Shown here piece by piece: positions 8,381 through 17,966 of a DNA stretch of 64,000 nucleotides. The notes beneath the pieces are model-generated. The model saw only the letters and a program-made list of their open reading frames with translations, made no database searches and had not been told where the DNA came from. A program made the position numbers and the translations under genes. The stretch is from Candidatus Kapaibacterium sp. Lineage in GTDB: Bacteria; Bacteroidota; Ignavibacteria; Kapaibacteriales; Kapaibacteriaceae. The first letter of the stretch is position 1; the number at the start of each line of letters is the position of its first letter. The stretch covers positions 4,144 to 68,143 of the forward strand of contig JBIJAX010000004.1 of assembly GCA_044345485.1 (NCBI GenBank), read 5' to 3'.

Positions 8381-9043
8381 TGTGAAACCGTCTTGTATCT
8401 CACCCTTTGCCTTGATCTCGGTGGCTGGCTGCTCTGCTTTAATGAAGTTGCCGAGAGACGGAGCATACCAGAGAGTGGTAACCAACTCGATATCAGATAT
8501 TGTTTGACCCGCAATAGATGCTCTGCCAGAGATAGTAAAAAGGATCTTTACGGCACGGATCGATTCTGATCCAACAGTTACGCTTTCTTCACCTTTGAGC
8601 AACGATGTAAATCTGGTGAGTATCTGAACTGGGACACCTTGGTAGTCTTCTGTTGATGTAGCAGAATCAGTAAATGTTGTCCCTGTTGAGATTGGCAGAC
8701 GCACCCAGTTGTTGAATGCCATGCCATCACTCTCATCGACATACATCAATAGATCATTGTTACGATCTAAGCAATACATCAGCGTGTCTGATGAACCATT
8801 GTCAATTGCCCAGACACCAGTTTTGCCTTGAAAGGAGATGTTTGACGCAACAACCGTTTCTGTGTGCTGATTATCAGTGTCAGGTATCTTCGATCCTGTA
8901 ATGTCTATGGCATATCCCGCATATGAAAAGGTACTTCCCACACCTGGGGTTTTCAAGGGCGCAGGCTCGGGGGTGGTTGTATTATCTTTTGTACAGGAGA
9001 TCACAAGCAACGATGTTGCTAATAGTGCTAGTAGGTGTTTCAT
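8351..9043 (-). CDS. Hypothetical lipoprotein
   Basis: MKHLLALLATSLLVISCTKDN lipobox. No recognised domain. Confidence 0.65.
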   Translation of the reverse strand: MKHLLALLATSLLVISCTKDNTTTPEPAPLKTPGVGSTFSYAGYAIDITGSKIPDTDNQHTETVVASNISFQGKTGVWAIDNGSSDTLMYCLDRNNDLLMYVDESDGMAFNNWVRLPISTGTTFTDSATSTEDYQGVPVQILTRFTSLLKGEESVTVGSESIRAVKILFTISGRASIAGQTISDIELVTTLWYAPSLGNFIKAEQPATEIKAKGEIQDGFTSTLKSYSLK

Positions 9044-9098
9044 AATGTAAGCCTAGTATAAATTGTTGATGTCAAATATAGTCACCCAGCCATCATAG

Positions 9099-9116
9099 TT
9101 AAGGTTTTATTAAGGT
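9099..9116 (+). promoter_or_regulatory. Direct-repeat element TTAAGGTTTTATTAAGGT, copy 3
   Basis: It lies in the divergent region between the 8351-9043(-) lipoprotein gene and the 9173-10651(+) gene. Confidence 0.6.
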
Positions 9117-9172
9117 TCGGCCTGGCGATTGGGGGAGTATGTTGCATGTGTTCAAGAACCAGGAAAAACAAC

Positions 9173-10651
9173 ATGAAATATGCTTTACTCTGTATGCTAC
9201 TGTCAGCCATTCTCTTCGGATGCAGTGCTGACAATATCATTGCACCATCATTTGGTTCAATTCAGGGTCTTGTAAAGGATCCCAGATCGATGAAGCCCCT
9301 TGCCAATGTTCAGATATACTCGCTTCCAGGAACGGGGCTTGCATTAACAAATGACAGTGGAATGTATCGGATCGATGATATCGTCCCCGGGGAATACATG
9401 CTCAGCGCATACTATCGCGACACTGTCTTTGCTGGCTATGCTATGATGCCTGTGCGAGTAAATTCCAATGCAACTACCCGAACCGATCTCATTCTCAAGG
9501 CCGGCGCACCAGATAAAGGTGTTATCTCTGGTAGAGTTATTGATGAGTTCGGAAGACCGGTTTCTGGTGCAACAGTGACAACAGAACCGATGACCACTAC
9601 TGAAATCACAACGTCAGAAGGTTACTTTTTGTTTACGGATGTTCCGGATGATTCATTGACCATATTCGTAACGAATGGGACGCTGTATGGAAGGGGGCAT
9701 ATATATGCCCTCCCAGGTTTGTTAACGAAGATTGCAATAACGGCATACCTACAAGATCCAACAAAGGGATGGGTCAGCGGAAGGGTCACATCAAAAGGGG
9801 AGCCCGTCTCGGGTGCTATAGTCCGCGCAGATAGCCTTGGACTTGCAGATACAACGGATGATAACGGTCGTTATATTCTTCGTAATCTACTTCCGGGTCT
9901 GAACAACATCAGCGTTACAAGAGATGGTTTTCAACGTCGTTCATTTGTGGTCACGGCTGTTGCCAATGCAGAGACAGTGAAAGACATGGCTATGGGTTCC
10001 ACATCCGCTATTGCGACCGACAATCTTGAACTATATATACCGATCGATGGAAGTATTGACGATCGTTCAACAAGATTTCACAAAACCGCACAGTACGGCA
10101 AAGGCATCAAGTTTGTAGCCGATAGATATGGTAGAGAAAACGAGGCGGTTGAATGCACAGGGTGGAATGGTATCACGACGCTCGATGGAAGCCAGATGAA
10201 TTTCAGTCCTATGACGTTAGGAGCATGGCTGTACATTCCTTCGACACTAAATAATACCAGCCTACTACTTGGAAAGACGCCGCATCCCTCTGGCGATGGA
10301 TGTTATGTAGTCTTCGAGAATGCTAGTCTCGTGTTTATGTATGTCACGAATGCATGGGCCCAGTCCAGCCGCACAGTCTTTGCAAGTAACACGTTCCCTC
10401 GTGATCAGTGGTTTTGGATTGGTTTTGCCGTAGCACTTGATGGATCAGGATATGCCACCGTTAATGGTACAACGACAAAGGCTATACCAACCGTAATGAA
10501 TACAATGACCAATCAAGAGCAGTTCGTGTTTGGCAATCTTCCCTCAACACAGAACTTTCCAGGTCTCATCGGTAAGATTGATCAGATCGTGCTCTACAGC
10601 AGCTACAAAAACGCAACAGAGCTAAAACGCATCATGGAAGTGTACGAGTAA
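9173..10651 (+). CDS. Lipoprotein with carboxypeptidase-regulatory-like (CarboxypepD_reg) repeats and a C-terminal LamG/concanavalin-like domain
   Basis: MKYALLCMLLSAILFGC lipobox. There are three repeats of the type G.V.D....P...A.V......T.D..G.Y....L.PG.Y. The C-terminus ...FVFGNLPSTQNFPGLIGKIDQIVLYSSYKNATEL matches the LamG pattern. An ATG at 9146 is an alternative start. Confidence 0.75.
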   Translation: MKYALLCMLLSAILFGCSADNIIAPSFGSIQGLVKDPRSMKPLANVQIYSLPGTGLALTNDSGMYRIDDIVPGEYMLSAYYRDTVFAGYAMMPVRVNSNATTRTDLILKAGAPDKGVISGRVIDEFGRPVSGATVTTEPMTTTEITTSEGYFLFTDVPDDSLTIFVTNGTLYGRGHIYALPGLLTKIAITAYLQDPTKGWVSGRVTSKGEPVSGAIVRADSLGLADTTDDNGRYILRNLLPGLNNISVTRDGFQRRSFVVTAVANAETVKDMAMGSTSAIATDNLELYIPIDGSIDDRSTRFHKTAQYGKGIKFVADRYGRENEAVECTGWNGITTLDGSQMNFSPMTLGAWLYIPSTLNNTSLLLGKTPHPSGDGCYVVFENASLVFMYVTNAWAQSSRTVFASNTFPRDQWFWIGFAVALDGSGYATVNGTTTKAIPTVMNTMTNQEQFVFGNLPSTQNFPGLIGKIDQIVLYSSYKNATELKRIMEVYE

Positions 10652-10775
10652 TGCGGATCATCAATAACCTATGCATGATTGACCTGTCGGGAGACTAAAG
10701 TCTATGCAAACATCTCATGCGCCACGCTCTCCAGCCGCAGTATGACGTTTGATGAGTTTCGAAAGAACATGGAAA

Positions 10776-12148
10776 ATGGCGATTGATATACGTTGGGCTA
10801 TCGTTCTGCTCTCGCTGGTACTGATGGCATGCAGCAGTGGCGACGGCGTTACTCAACCAGACCCCACAGCACCTGGATCTATCACTGGCAGAGTGTTCCA
10901 CCAACGGTCAAATCAACCCGTTGCAGGAGTCAGGTTGTTTACAGCCCCTTCATCTACTTCCTCTACAACCGATGATCGTGGTGCATATCAGATAGATTCC
11001 ATGGCACCTGGACCGTATTCTATCCATGCACTTTATTCGAACGGGGACACCATTGCTCGATCAAGTATCTCGGTGGCTGTTTTGCCAACACATACAACAA
11101 CTGCCGATATCATTCTTGCACCCTACACTGCAAACAGAAGATTCATTCAAGGAAGCGTTGTTGATGAACATCAGCGGCCGGTATCGGACGCAGCGATAAC
11201 AACTCAACCCACAACGAATGACGTTCGTACCGGTGCTGATGGAACATTTCTCATTTCTGATGTGCCCCCTACCATGTATACCATCACGGCAAAGAAAGGC
11301 CAGATGGTAGGAGTGATCCAGCTCGATGCTTCTACTCGAAGAGTATCAGATACTGTGATTGTTGTCAGTATCCTAGATACAAGCGCAGGTGTAATCAACG
11401 GAATGGTTCTCGAAGGGGACCGAGCTCTTCCTGGAGTGGTCGTAGAGGTATGGCCGTCGAACAAGCGTGACACAACAGACGAGCAAGGTTGGTATGCAAT
11501 CCGTGATATCGCGCCGGGAACCTATGATGTAAGCTATTATAAACCTGGATACGTCACCCGGATCTACAAGTTCACTGCACAGAAGGGCAAAGAACATCGA
11601 CGTGATGTGCAGTTCAGGCAAGGAAGCGACATACCTCAAGAAAACCTTGTACTCTACACAACATTGAATGGTGAATCGAGTGATCATTCACCTTTTGCCC
11701 GACCAACGAAGCTTCGCGGAGGAAGCTTCACGGAGGACCGATTTAAAAATCCGCAAAGTGCCTTAGAGTGCAATGGTGACGATGGAGTGGATGTTGAAGA
11801 GTCTGATGTGTTCAATGGATTGCCACTAACCATAGGTGCGTGGGTCTACATTCCACGCGGGCAGCCAAAGGATCAATTCATCTTAGGAAAGTCTGACGCC
11901 CCCTGGGGTTCTACCTACTTCCTGCATATGGCAAAAGACCAGTTGTGTTTTACATATCAGTCAAATCTTCGTTATTGGGCAATTCATACCTCCATTGCAC
12001 TGTTATGCCCACGAATACATTTTGCATCGGTGGTGTAGAGACATCGAACTCATTGTCTGGGCTCATAGGACGCATCGATAACGTCCTGGTCTTCAATCGA
12101 TACGTAAATATCCAAGAGCTTGGAGAAATCATGCAACGGGCTAGGTAA
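10776..12148 (+). pseudogene. Paralog of the 9173-10651 CarboxypepD_reg-LamG lipoprotein, with an out-of-frame internal deletion in the LamG domain
   Basis: Frame 0 runs to ...YWAIHTSIALLCPRIHFASVV* at 12038. Frame +2 (11945-12148) carries the missing tail ...TNTFCIGGVETSNSLSGLIGRIDNVLVFNRYVNIQELGEIM, which aligns to the paralog's C-terminus. About 20-25 residues found in the paralog are absent. Confidence 0.6.
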
Positions 12149-12165
12149 GAGATCTTAATCACAGT

Positions 12166-12783
12166 TCACTCAATCACAAACGTCTCTGAAACAGATTCTT
12201 GACGTTCAACGAGATCATCGCTATTCGTGGTAATGAGATACCCCGTAAGAGCGATAAAGACAGCTGCACTAGTTGCGGCAAGAGCGACTAAAAAATAACA
12301 ACCTTGCAAACAGCCATCTGATGCTGTAAGTGTCCTTATTGTGAATATGAGGGCAAGTACACCAAGGATTATTGCTGTGGTGTATCCAGAGTTCCACGAT
12401 CCTTGAGGCGCCAGGGTTTTACGCATACCAAAGGCTGATATTCGCGTAACATGTTGAGTGGGTATACGGATACTTTCTGAATCGCTGCTACTGTTGCTAC
12501 GCACAAGAGTATACAATGGATCCATTTGTTTAATAACCACATCCTGTAGTAACGTCTCTGACGAGTCCAGTGATACCCTGTGTTTGGTTGCCGTATCAAG
12601 CTTTGGTGTGTATCCCGTCACAACAACGTCTACTGGCATATCTGCGAGATAATCGCGTAGTTGTGTCAAGTTCTCTTCGTATGACCCCATCGTTCTGTCG
12701 ATTTTTGTCTTTGGCGTTCGCAACCCTGTGCACCCAACATTCAACAGAATGAACGCAACAAACCAATAGCAAAGAACTTTCAT
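12166..12783 (-). CDS. Hypothetical membrane lipoprotein
   Basis: MKVLCYWFVAFILLNVGCTG lipobox at an internal start. There are two C-terminal hydrophobic helices (AIILGVLALIFTI, FLVALAATSAAVFIALTGYLI). Confidence 0.55.
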   Translation of the reverse strand: MKVLCYWFVAFILLNVGCTGLRTPKTKIDRTMGSYEENLTQLRDYLADMPVDVVVTGYTPKLDTATKHRVSLDSSETLLQDVVIKQMDPLYTLVRSNSSSDSESIRIPTQHVTRISAFGMRKTLAPQGSWNSGYTTAIILGVLALIFTIRTLTASDGCLQGCYFLVALAATSAAVFIALTGYLITTNSDDLVERQESVSETFVIE

Positions 12784-12908
12784 GCCGTTGTTCCAGATAA
12801 CTTGACTGACACCGGTACACTGTTGGGTGTTTAGACGACCTCGACTGGGTGGAGATACCATGCAATTATAGCAGTAATAATGCCAGCATCATCAACTAGT
12901 TTTGAATC

Positions 12909-13496
12909 ATGAATCCCAAAGATCCTTGCGTAGACGCCTTTTTCCGTCATGTACCGCAGTGGCGTGATGAACTGATGGCGCTCAGAGAAATCATGCTTGG
13001 CACAGACTTGATAGAGTCGTACAAGTGGGGTCAACCGTGCTACACTTACGGTGACAAGAACATTGTTCTTCTTGGAGGTTTTGCATCGTCGTTTGTTGTA
13101 AGCTTCTTCAACGGATCGTTGCTTCAGGACCCCGCGGGTATCCTAGAGTTTGCCGGCCCCAATTCTCGCATAGCAAAGGTTCTGCGGTTTACCGATGGCT
13201 CACAGATACCCCCGTTAGAGAATACGATCAAATCATACGTAGCTGAATCGATTGAACTTGAACAAACAGGTCGAAAGATTCAAAAGACTCCAGCCACTGA
13301 ACTTGATGTGCCCAAAGAGTTGTTAGATGCTTTTGCTCGCGTTAAGGGGCTTGAACAGGCGTTCTATGCACTCACGCCGGGTAGACAACGCGGGTACCTG
13401 ATGCATGTTGCATCTGCAAAACAACAGGCTACGCGGACATCGCGCGTTGAAAAATGTATCGACAAGATCTTTGACGGTAAAGGACTGCAAGAATAG
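12909..13496 (+). CDS. DUF1801 (YdhG-like) + YdeI/OmpD-associated family protein
   Basis: The N-terminus ...[23 protein letters not shown] and the C-terminus [33 protein letters not shown] match the family patterns as I recall them. Confidence 0.8.
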   Translation: MNPKDPCVDAFFRHVPQWRDELMALREIMLGTDLIESYKWGQPCYTYGDKNIVLLGGFASSFVVSFFNGSLLQDPAGILEFAGPNSRIAKVLRFTDGSQIPPLENTIKSYVAESIELEQTGRKIQKTPATELDVPKELLDAFARVKGLEQAFYALTPGRQRGYLMHVASAKQQATRTSRVEKCIDKIFDGKGLQE

Positions 13497-13497
13497 T

Positions 13498-13647
13498 ATG
13501 CGCAAGAAATCGGATCTCCCAACCAAGGTATGCATCGTGTGCAGTAGACCATTCACATGGCGCAAGAAATGGGAAAAGGTCTGGGACGAGGTAAAGTACT
13601 GCTCTGATGCATGTAGACGCAAAAAAGGAGAACGCCTACATGCATAA
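13498..13647 (+). CDS. DUF2256 small zinc-ribbon-like protein
   Basis: [43 protein letters not shown] matches the DUF2256 signature (LPxKxCxxCxRPFxWRKKW...YCSxxCR). The ATG lies 2 nt after the YdeI stop. Confidence 0.8.
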   Translation: MRKKSDLPTKVCIVCSRPFTWRKKWEKVWDEVKYCSDACRRKKGERLHA

Positions 13648-14779
13648 GTTGTTTGCTGTTGGCAGAGACCAACGTCTGCACGACAATCCCCGTCTGATAG
13701 AGGCATGCAAAGCAGCCAGCACCTTGCTACCTGTGTATGATCTCGATCCATCTATTGAATACGGACCTCATCGCATAGCATTTCTTCTCGATTCTCTTCG
13801 AGCATTACAAGTGCAGCTCAGATCTCGAGGAAGTGACCTTCTGCTTCGTATGCAAGCGCCTTCCAGTACTGATATGCAATGGTATGCTGCTGCACCGACG
13901 TTGTATGATCGGGCAGACTTGCCATTTGAACTGCAGGCCATGCCGGAGGTCTTCACATCGTTTCGCCGTCTACTCGAAAAGCATGCTGTACCAGTTCAGG
14001 TACCAATTGATGCTCCTGCTGTTCTGCCGCCACTTCCTGATGGGATTGTTTGTCCAGATATACCATCGCCAGAACAACTTGGATATGATGTAATGCCGTG
14101 TGATGCACGAAGTGCATTTCCATACATGCAAGTAGGTTGGCGAGCAGGTGAGGCTGAAGCTCTGGAACATCTGCGCAGGTACCTTGCATCCCACAGAGTC
14201 GATACCTACAAGGCAACACGCAACGGTCTAACAGGCACCGGTTTCTCGAGTAAACTATCACCATGGCTTGCTCTTGGTAACATCAGCGCACGAACGATCA
14301 CAACGGCCTTATGGGACTATGAAGAAGTTCATGGTGCCAATGATGGAACGTATTGGCTGTGGTTCGAACTTGTCTGGCGCGACTTCTTCGCATTTCGTGC
14401 TCAGCAGCGTGGAATTACACCAAGCGTTGCGTTAGGGCGAGCGAACGAGCATTTGCAGTTTCGTGCCTGGACATCTGGTACAACAGGAGCAGCATTTGTT
14501 GATGCAGCAATGCGCGAGCTTTCGCTAACAGGCTGGATGAGTAACCGCATGCGACAGATCGTAGCGAGCTACTTGATCAACGAACTACAGCTGCCATGGC
14601 AATGGGGCGAGTCGTGGTTTGCAATGCAACTCATCGACTATGATCCGGCATCGAATGAAGGGAACTGGAGATACATCGCTGGAGAAGGGGCAGATCCGCG
14701 AGGTGGGCGTCGGTTCTCAATCGAGCATCAGCAGAAGACATACGATCCCGATGGTGAATACGTTACCTACTGGAAGTAG
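13640..14779 (+). CDS. Cryptochrome DASH / DNA photolyase family protein, unusually short
   Basis: FAD-binding domain motifs [29 protein letters not shown] and [47 protein letters not shown]. The start overlaps the DUF2256 stop by 8 nt. Confidence 0.85.
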   Translation: MHKLFAVGRDQRLHDNPRLIEACKAASTLLPVYDLDPSIEYGPHRIAFLLDSLRALQVQLRSRGSDLLLRMQAPSSTDMQWYAAAPTLYDRADLPFELQAMPEVFTSFRRLLEKHAVPVQVPIDAPAVLPPLPDGIVCPDIPSPEQLGYDVMPCDARSAFPYMQVGWRAGEAEALEHLRRYLASHRVDTYKATRNGLTGTGFSSKLSPWLALGNISARTITTALWDYEEVHGANDGTYWLWFELVWRDFFAFRAQQRGITPSVALGRANEHLQFRAWTSGTTGAAFVDAAMRELSLTGWMSNRMRQIVASYLINELQLPWQWGESWFAMQLIDYDPASNEGNWRYIAGEGADPRGGRRFSIEHQQKTYDPDGEYVTYWK

Positions 14780-14806
14780 ATTTCGGCGGCGTCCATAAAT
14801 TGTGCG

Positions 14807-15976
14807 ATGAAAACAATCCTCCTTCTCGGCTCTGGTGAGCTCGGTAAAGAATTCGTTATCGCCGTTAAACGATATGGACATCGCGTTGTCGCAGTAGACT
14901 CGTACGAGAATGCTCCAGCAATGCAGGTAGCAGACGATGCGCGTGTGATATCCATGCTTAATGCCACGCAGCTCGATGCAGTTGTAGCAGAGATCAAGCC
15001 AGACGTCATCGTGCCCGAGGTAGAGGCAATCCGCACAGAACGTCTCTTCGCTTACGAAGAGCAGGGTATTCACGTCGTTCCGAGTGCACGTGCAGCAAAC
15101 ATGACAATGAATCGAAAGGCCATTCGTGATCTTGCTGCGAAAGAGCTCGGACTTAAGACAGCTAACTATCGTTATGCGACAACGCATGAAGAGTTTATCG
15201 CAGCTGTAGATGCCGTCGGGATCCCTTGCGTCGTCAAGCCCCTTATGTCGTCAAGTGGCAAGGGGCAGAGCACGGTAAAGTCAGCCGCCGATATCGATCG
15301 TGCATGGACCTATGCTCTGGAGGGTTCACGTGGCGACCTCATGGAGGTAATTGTAGAGGCCTTTGTTCCGTTTGAAAGTGAGATAACACTTCTGACGGTG
15401 ACGCAGAAGAACGGACCAACATTGTTTTGTCCACCCATCGGACATCGGCAAGAACGTGGTGATTACCAAGAGTCATGGATCCCGCATTACGTTAAGCCAG
15501 ATCTTCTCCTAGAAGCACAACGCATGGCGGCGCTTGTTACAGAGTCGCTTTCGGGTGCGGGTATCTGGGGTGTAGAGTTCTTTCTCACAGATAATGAAGT
15601 GTACTTCAGTGAGTTGTCGCCCCGCCCACATGATACTGGCATGGTTACACTTACTGGTGCAACAACGCTCAGTGAGTTCGAACTGCACGCACGCGCAGTA
15701 CTCGGATATCCAATACCAAGACTTGAGCTCGAGCACGCAGCGGCATCGGCAGTTGTTCTTGCTTCCGAAGCATCAACGATAGTTCCGTTGTACACCGGAG
15801 TAGAAGACGCATTAGCTCAGCAAGGAATAGAAGTGCGTGTGTTTGGCAAGCCTACAACGAGACCATACAGGCGTATGGCAGTAGTGATTGCCTCGGCGCT
15901 GAGCACCGATGAAACAATCGAGCATGTACGCTCGCGTGCAACGCAAGCAGCTGCTGGTATTACGGTTGTAACATAG
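14807..15976 (+). CDS. purT: Formate-dependent phosphoribosylglycinamide formyltransferase (GAR transformylase 2)
   Basis: [43 protein letters not shown]... and an ATP-grasp core. The full-length match to the PurT pattern is strong. Confidence 0.92.
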   Translation: MKTILLLGSGELGKEFVIAVKRYGHRVVAVDSYENAPAMQVADDARVISMLNATQLDAVVAEIKPDVIVPEVEAIRTERLFAYEEQGIHVVPSARAANMTMNRKAIRDLAAKELGLKTANYRYATTHEEFIAAVDAVGIPCVVKPLMSSSGKGQSTVKSAADIDRAWTYALEGSRGDLMEVIVEAFVPFESEITLLTVTQKNGPTLFCPPIGHRQERGDYQESWIPHYVKPDLLLEAQRMAALVTESLSGAGIWGVEFFLTDNEVYFSELSPRPHDTGMVTLTGATTLSEFELHARAVLGYPIPRLELEHAAASAVVLASEASTIVPLYTGVEDALAQQGIEVRVFGKPTTRPYRRMAVVIASALSTDETIEHVRSRATQAAAGITVVT

Positions 15977-16060
15977 GTGCGTTAGCTACACCAGCACAGG
16001 CCTAGACAGGACCTGTGAGGAACACGATGCCCAGAGTCCGCAACCAGCTGCAAACAGTGC

Positions 16061-17110
16061 TTACCTCGATGCAAAGGATGTCGTGTGCTTTGCAGCAATC
16101 TTCTCGTTTGTGAGAGCTTTCAGGAAGATCTCGATCGATGCCACCTCTTTGTCGTTTAGCTTCTTCCCAATCTGATGCCATCCCATCAGCCGTATAGCCT
16201 CTTTCAGCGTTCCAACTGTGCCGTCATGGAAGTATGGCCACGTAGCAGCGACATTGCGCAGCGACGGAACCTTGAACATTAGACTATCTGCTGGGTCTTT
16301 TGTTACGTCATATCTGCCGGCATCCTTCGACGGGTATGGATTTACAAGGCCCAGCTTTTGATACATGGCTCCGCCGAACAATGAACCGGAGTGACATGCA
16401 ATACATCCAGCATTGATAAATGTGTGAAGTCCGCGCTGCTCTTGTGCTGTTAACGCAGATGTATCACCGTTAATCCACTTATCGTATCGTGACGGACTTA
16501 CGAGCGTGCGTTCAAACGCAGCAATCGCTTTGGCTACGTTGTTGAACGAAAGTGCGCGTTTGTCATTTGGAAATGCAGAAGCAAACTGGGCCTTGTACGA
16601 TTCTACAGCTCCAAGTTTTGCCTCTACGGTTTTCGGGCTTTCCATGCCCATTTCAATCGGATTTACCACCGGCCCCTTGGCTTGTGCTTCAAGATCATCA
16701 GCGCGTCCGTCCCAGAATTGCACGAAGTGGAAACCTGCATTCAATGAGGATGGAGTGTTACGTCCACCACGCTTTCCGAGCGCTCCAGGTGAGGTGGGTT
16801 CATTGTCTACCCCTGCGCCGCCGTTATCCACGTTGTGACAGGTGTTGCAGGACTGCTTGTCGTTGATGGATAGACGAACATCGTGATAGAGCTCTTTGCC
16901 TAGGGCAACAAGCTCAGGTGAATCCAATTCGCTGCCCGGCATAGAGCTTGGCAAAGCAGGAAACAATGCGGCAGCCTGCTCAAATAACTCCTTTTGCTCC
17001 GCCTGTGAGAGAGGGGGCATTACGTCCTGTTGAACCGACTTTTCTTGTGTATTGCTGCAGCCAATAACGAGTGCCGCAGCAAGGGACAAAACGAGTACAG
17101 AATTTTTCAT
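16061..17110 (-). CDS. Di-haem cytochrome c peroxidase (CCP/MauG family), lipoprotein
   Basis: Two CxxCH motifs (CNTCHNV, CIACHSG), the FHDG and PSLRNVA motifs, and the lipobox LVIGCSN. Confidence 0.9.
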   Translation of the reverse strand: MKNSVLVLSLAAALVIGCSNTQEKSVQQDVMPPLSQAEQKELFEQAAALFPALPSSMPGSELDSPELVALGKELYHDVRLSINDKQSCNTCHNVDNGGAGVDNEPTSPGALGKRGGRNTPSSLNAGFHFVQFWDGRADDLEAQAKGPVVNPIEMGMESPKTVEAKLGAVESYKAQFASAFPNDKRALSFNNVAKAIAAFERTLVSPSRYDKWINGDTSALTAQEQRGLHTFINAGCIACHSGSLFGGAMYQKLGLVNPYPSKDAGRYDVTKDPADSLMFKVPSLRNVAATWPYFHDGTVGTLKEAIRLMGWHQIGKKLNDKEVASIEIFLKALTNEKIAAKHTTSFASR

Positions 17111-17270
17111 GTGAGATGAGTCTGGTTATTTGTGACAATACCAACAAGCGGTAACGCCGATGAACTGCAAATTGTTCCGATTGGTGCACAAAAATGTGAG
17201 TTGTGCCATTAGCTGGTAGTTACGGTATTTTGCACGGCTACGTATTTCCAATTAGATGCAGGTTTCAAAC

Positions 17271-17687
17271 ATGAATCGCAAAGAGTTTGTTCAGCAGTCC
17301 TTCGTTGGTCTTACTGTATTAGCAACGGGGGTAGGATTAGCCCAATGCCTCGGTGGCTGTACATCTTCTACTGCTCCAGCGGACGTGGATATCACGTTGG
17401 ATCTCACAGCACCTGAAAATGCAGCACTAAAGCAGGTAGGGGGCTCGTTGCGTACGAGCGGGATTATCGTTGCCTGTGTAGGACAAGACTCCTATGTAGC
17501 CGTGCAGAGCGCATGTACGCATGAAGGTCAGACGATAACTTGGCAGCAAGGAGAAAACAGGTTCTATTGCCCGGAACACGGTGCAACATTTGCTCGTACT
17601 GGTGCTGTCACAAAGGGTCCAGCAAAGGTTGCCTTGGCGTCGTATAAGACAACGCTGAATGGATCGCTGCTCAGAATATCCAGCTGA
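17271..17687 (+). CDS. Rieske [2Fe-2S] domain protein, exported
   Basis: CTHEG...CPEHG Rieske ligands. N-terminal export signal MNRKEFVQQSFVGLTVLATGVGLAQC. Confidence 0.85.
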   Translation: MNRKEFVQQSFVGLTVLATGVGLAQCLGGCTSSTAPADVDITLDLTAPENAALKQVGGSLRTSGIIVACVGQDSYVAVQSACTHEGQTITWQQGENRFYCPEHGATFARTGAVTKGPAKVALASYKTTLNGSLLRISS

Positions 17688-17690
17688 GAG

Positions 17691-17966
17691 TTAAAACAAT
17701 CGCCCAACGATACTCCGCGTGATGTTTGGAAGTACCTCGCTAGTGGCAAAAAAGTTAGTGATCGGTCCAGCATCAATGAGGAGCAACCAGTTCTTTCGTT
17801 TACCGAGAGCTGTTGAGGCTCCGACTTCAACACTGTAAACAATACCTGCACCTTGGTCATCAATCCAAGCTGAACTCAATTCATAGTATTTGCAGCCAAC
17901 GTAGAAAACATCTCCTACGGGATAGAAGCCAGCGCCACCAATCCTTGTACTACTCACTAGATCCAT
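17691..17966 (-). CDS. Questionable short ORF, possibly a remnant of an outer-membrane beta-barrel gene
   Basis: 91-aa ORF with alternating beta-strand-like sequence (GFYPVGDVFYVG, GIVYSVEVGAS) but no signal peptide. A signal-peptide-like stretch lies upstream in another frame. Confidence 0.25.
   Translation of the reverse strand: MDLVSSTRIGGAGFYPVGDVFYVGCKYYELSSAWIDDQGAGIVYSVEVGASTALGKRKNWLLLIDAGPITNFFATSEVLPNITRSIVGRLF

Noticed and set aside
13405-13497. N-terminal extension of the DUF2256 ORF (the track gives 80 aa)
   Set aside because: The extension overlaps the YdeI gene in another frame. The conserved DUF2256 sequence begins at the ATG at 13498, directly after the YdeI stop.
14717-15187. 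156-aa minus-strand ORF
   Set aside because: It is antisense to purT, which has a strong full-length match to the PurT pattern.
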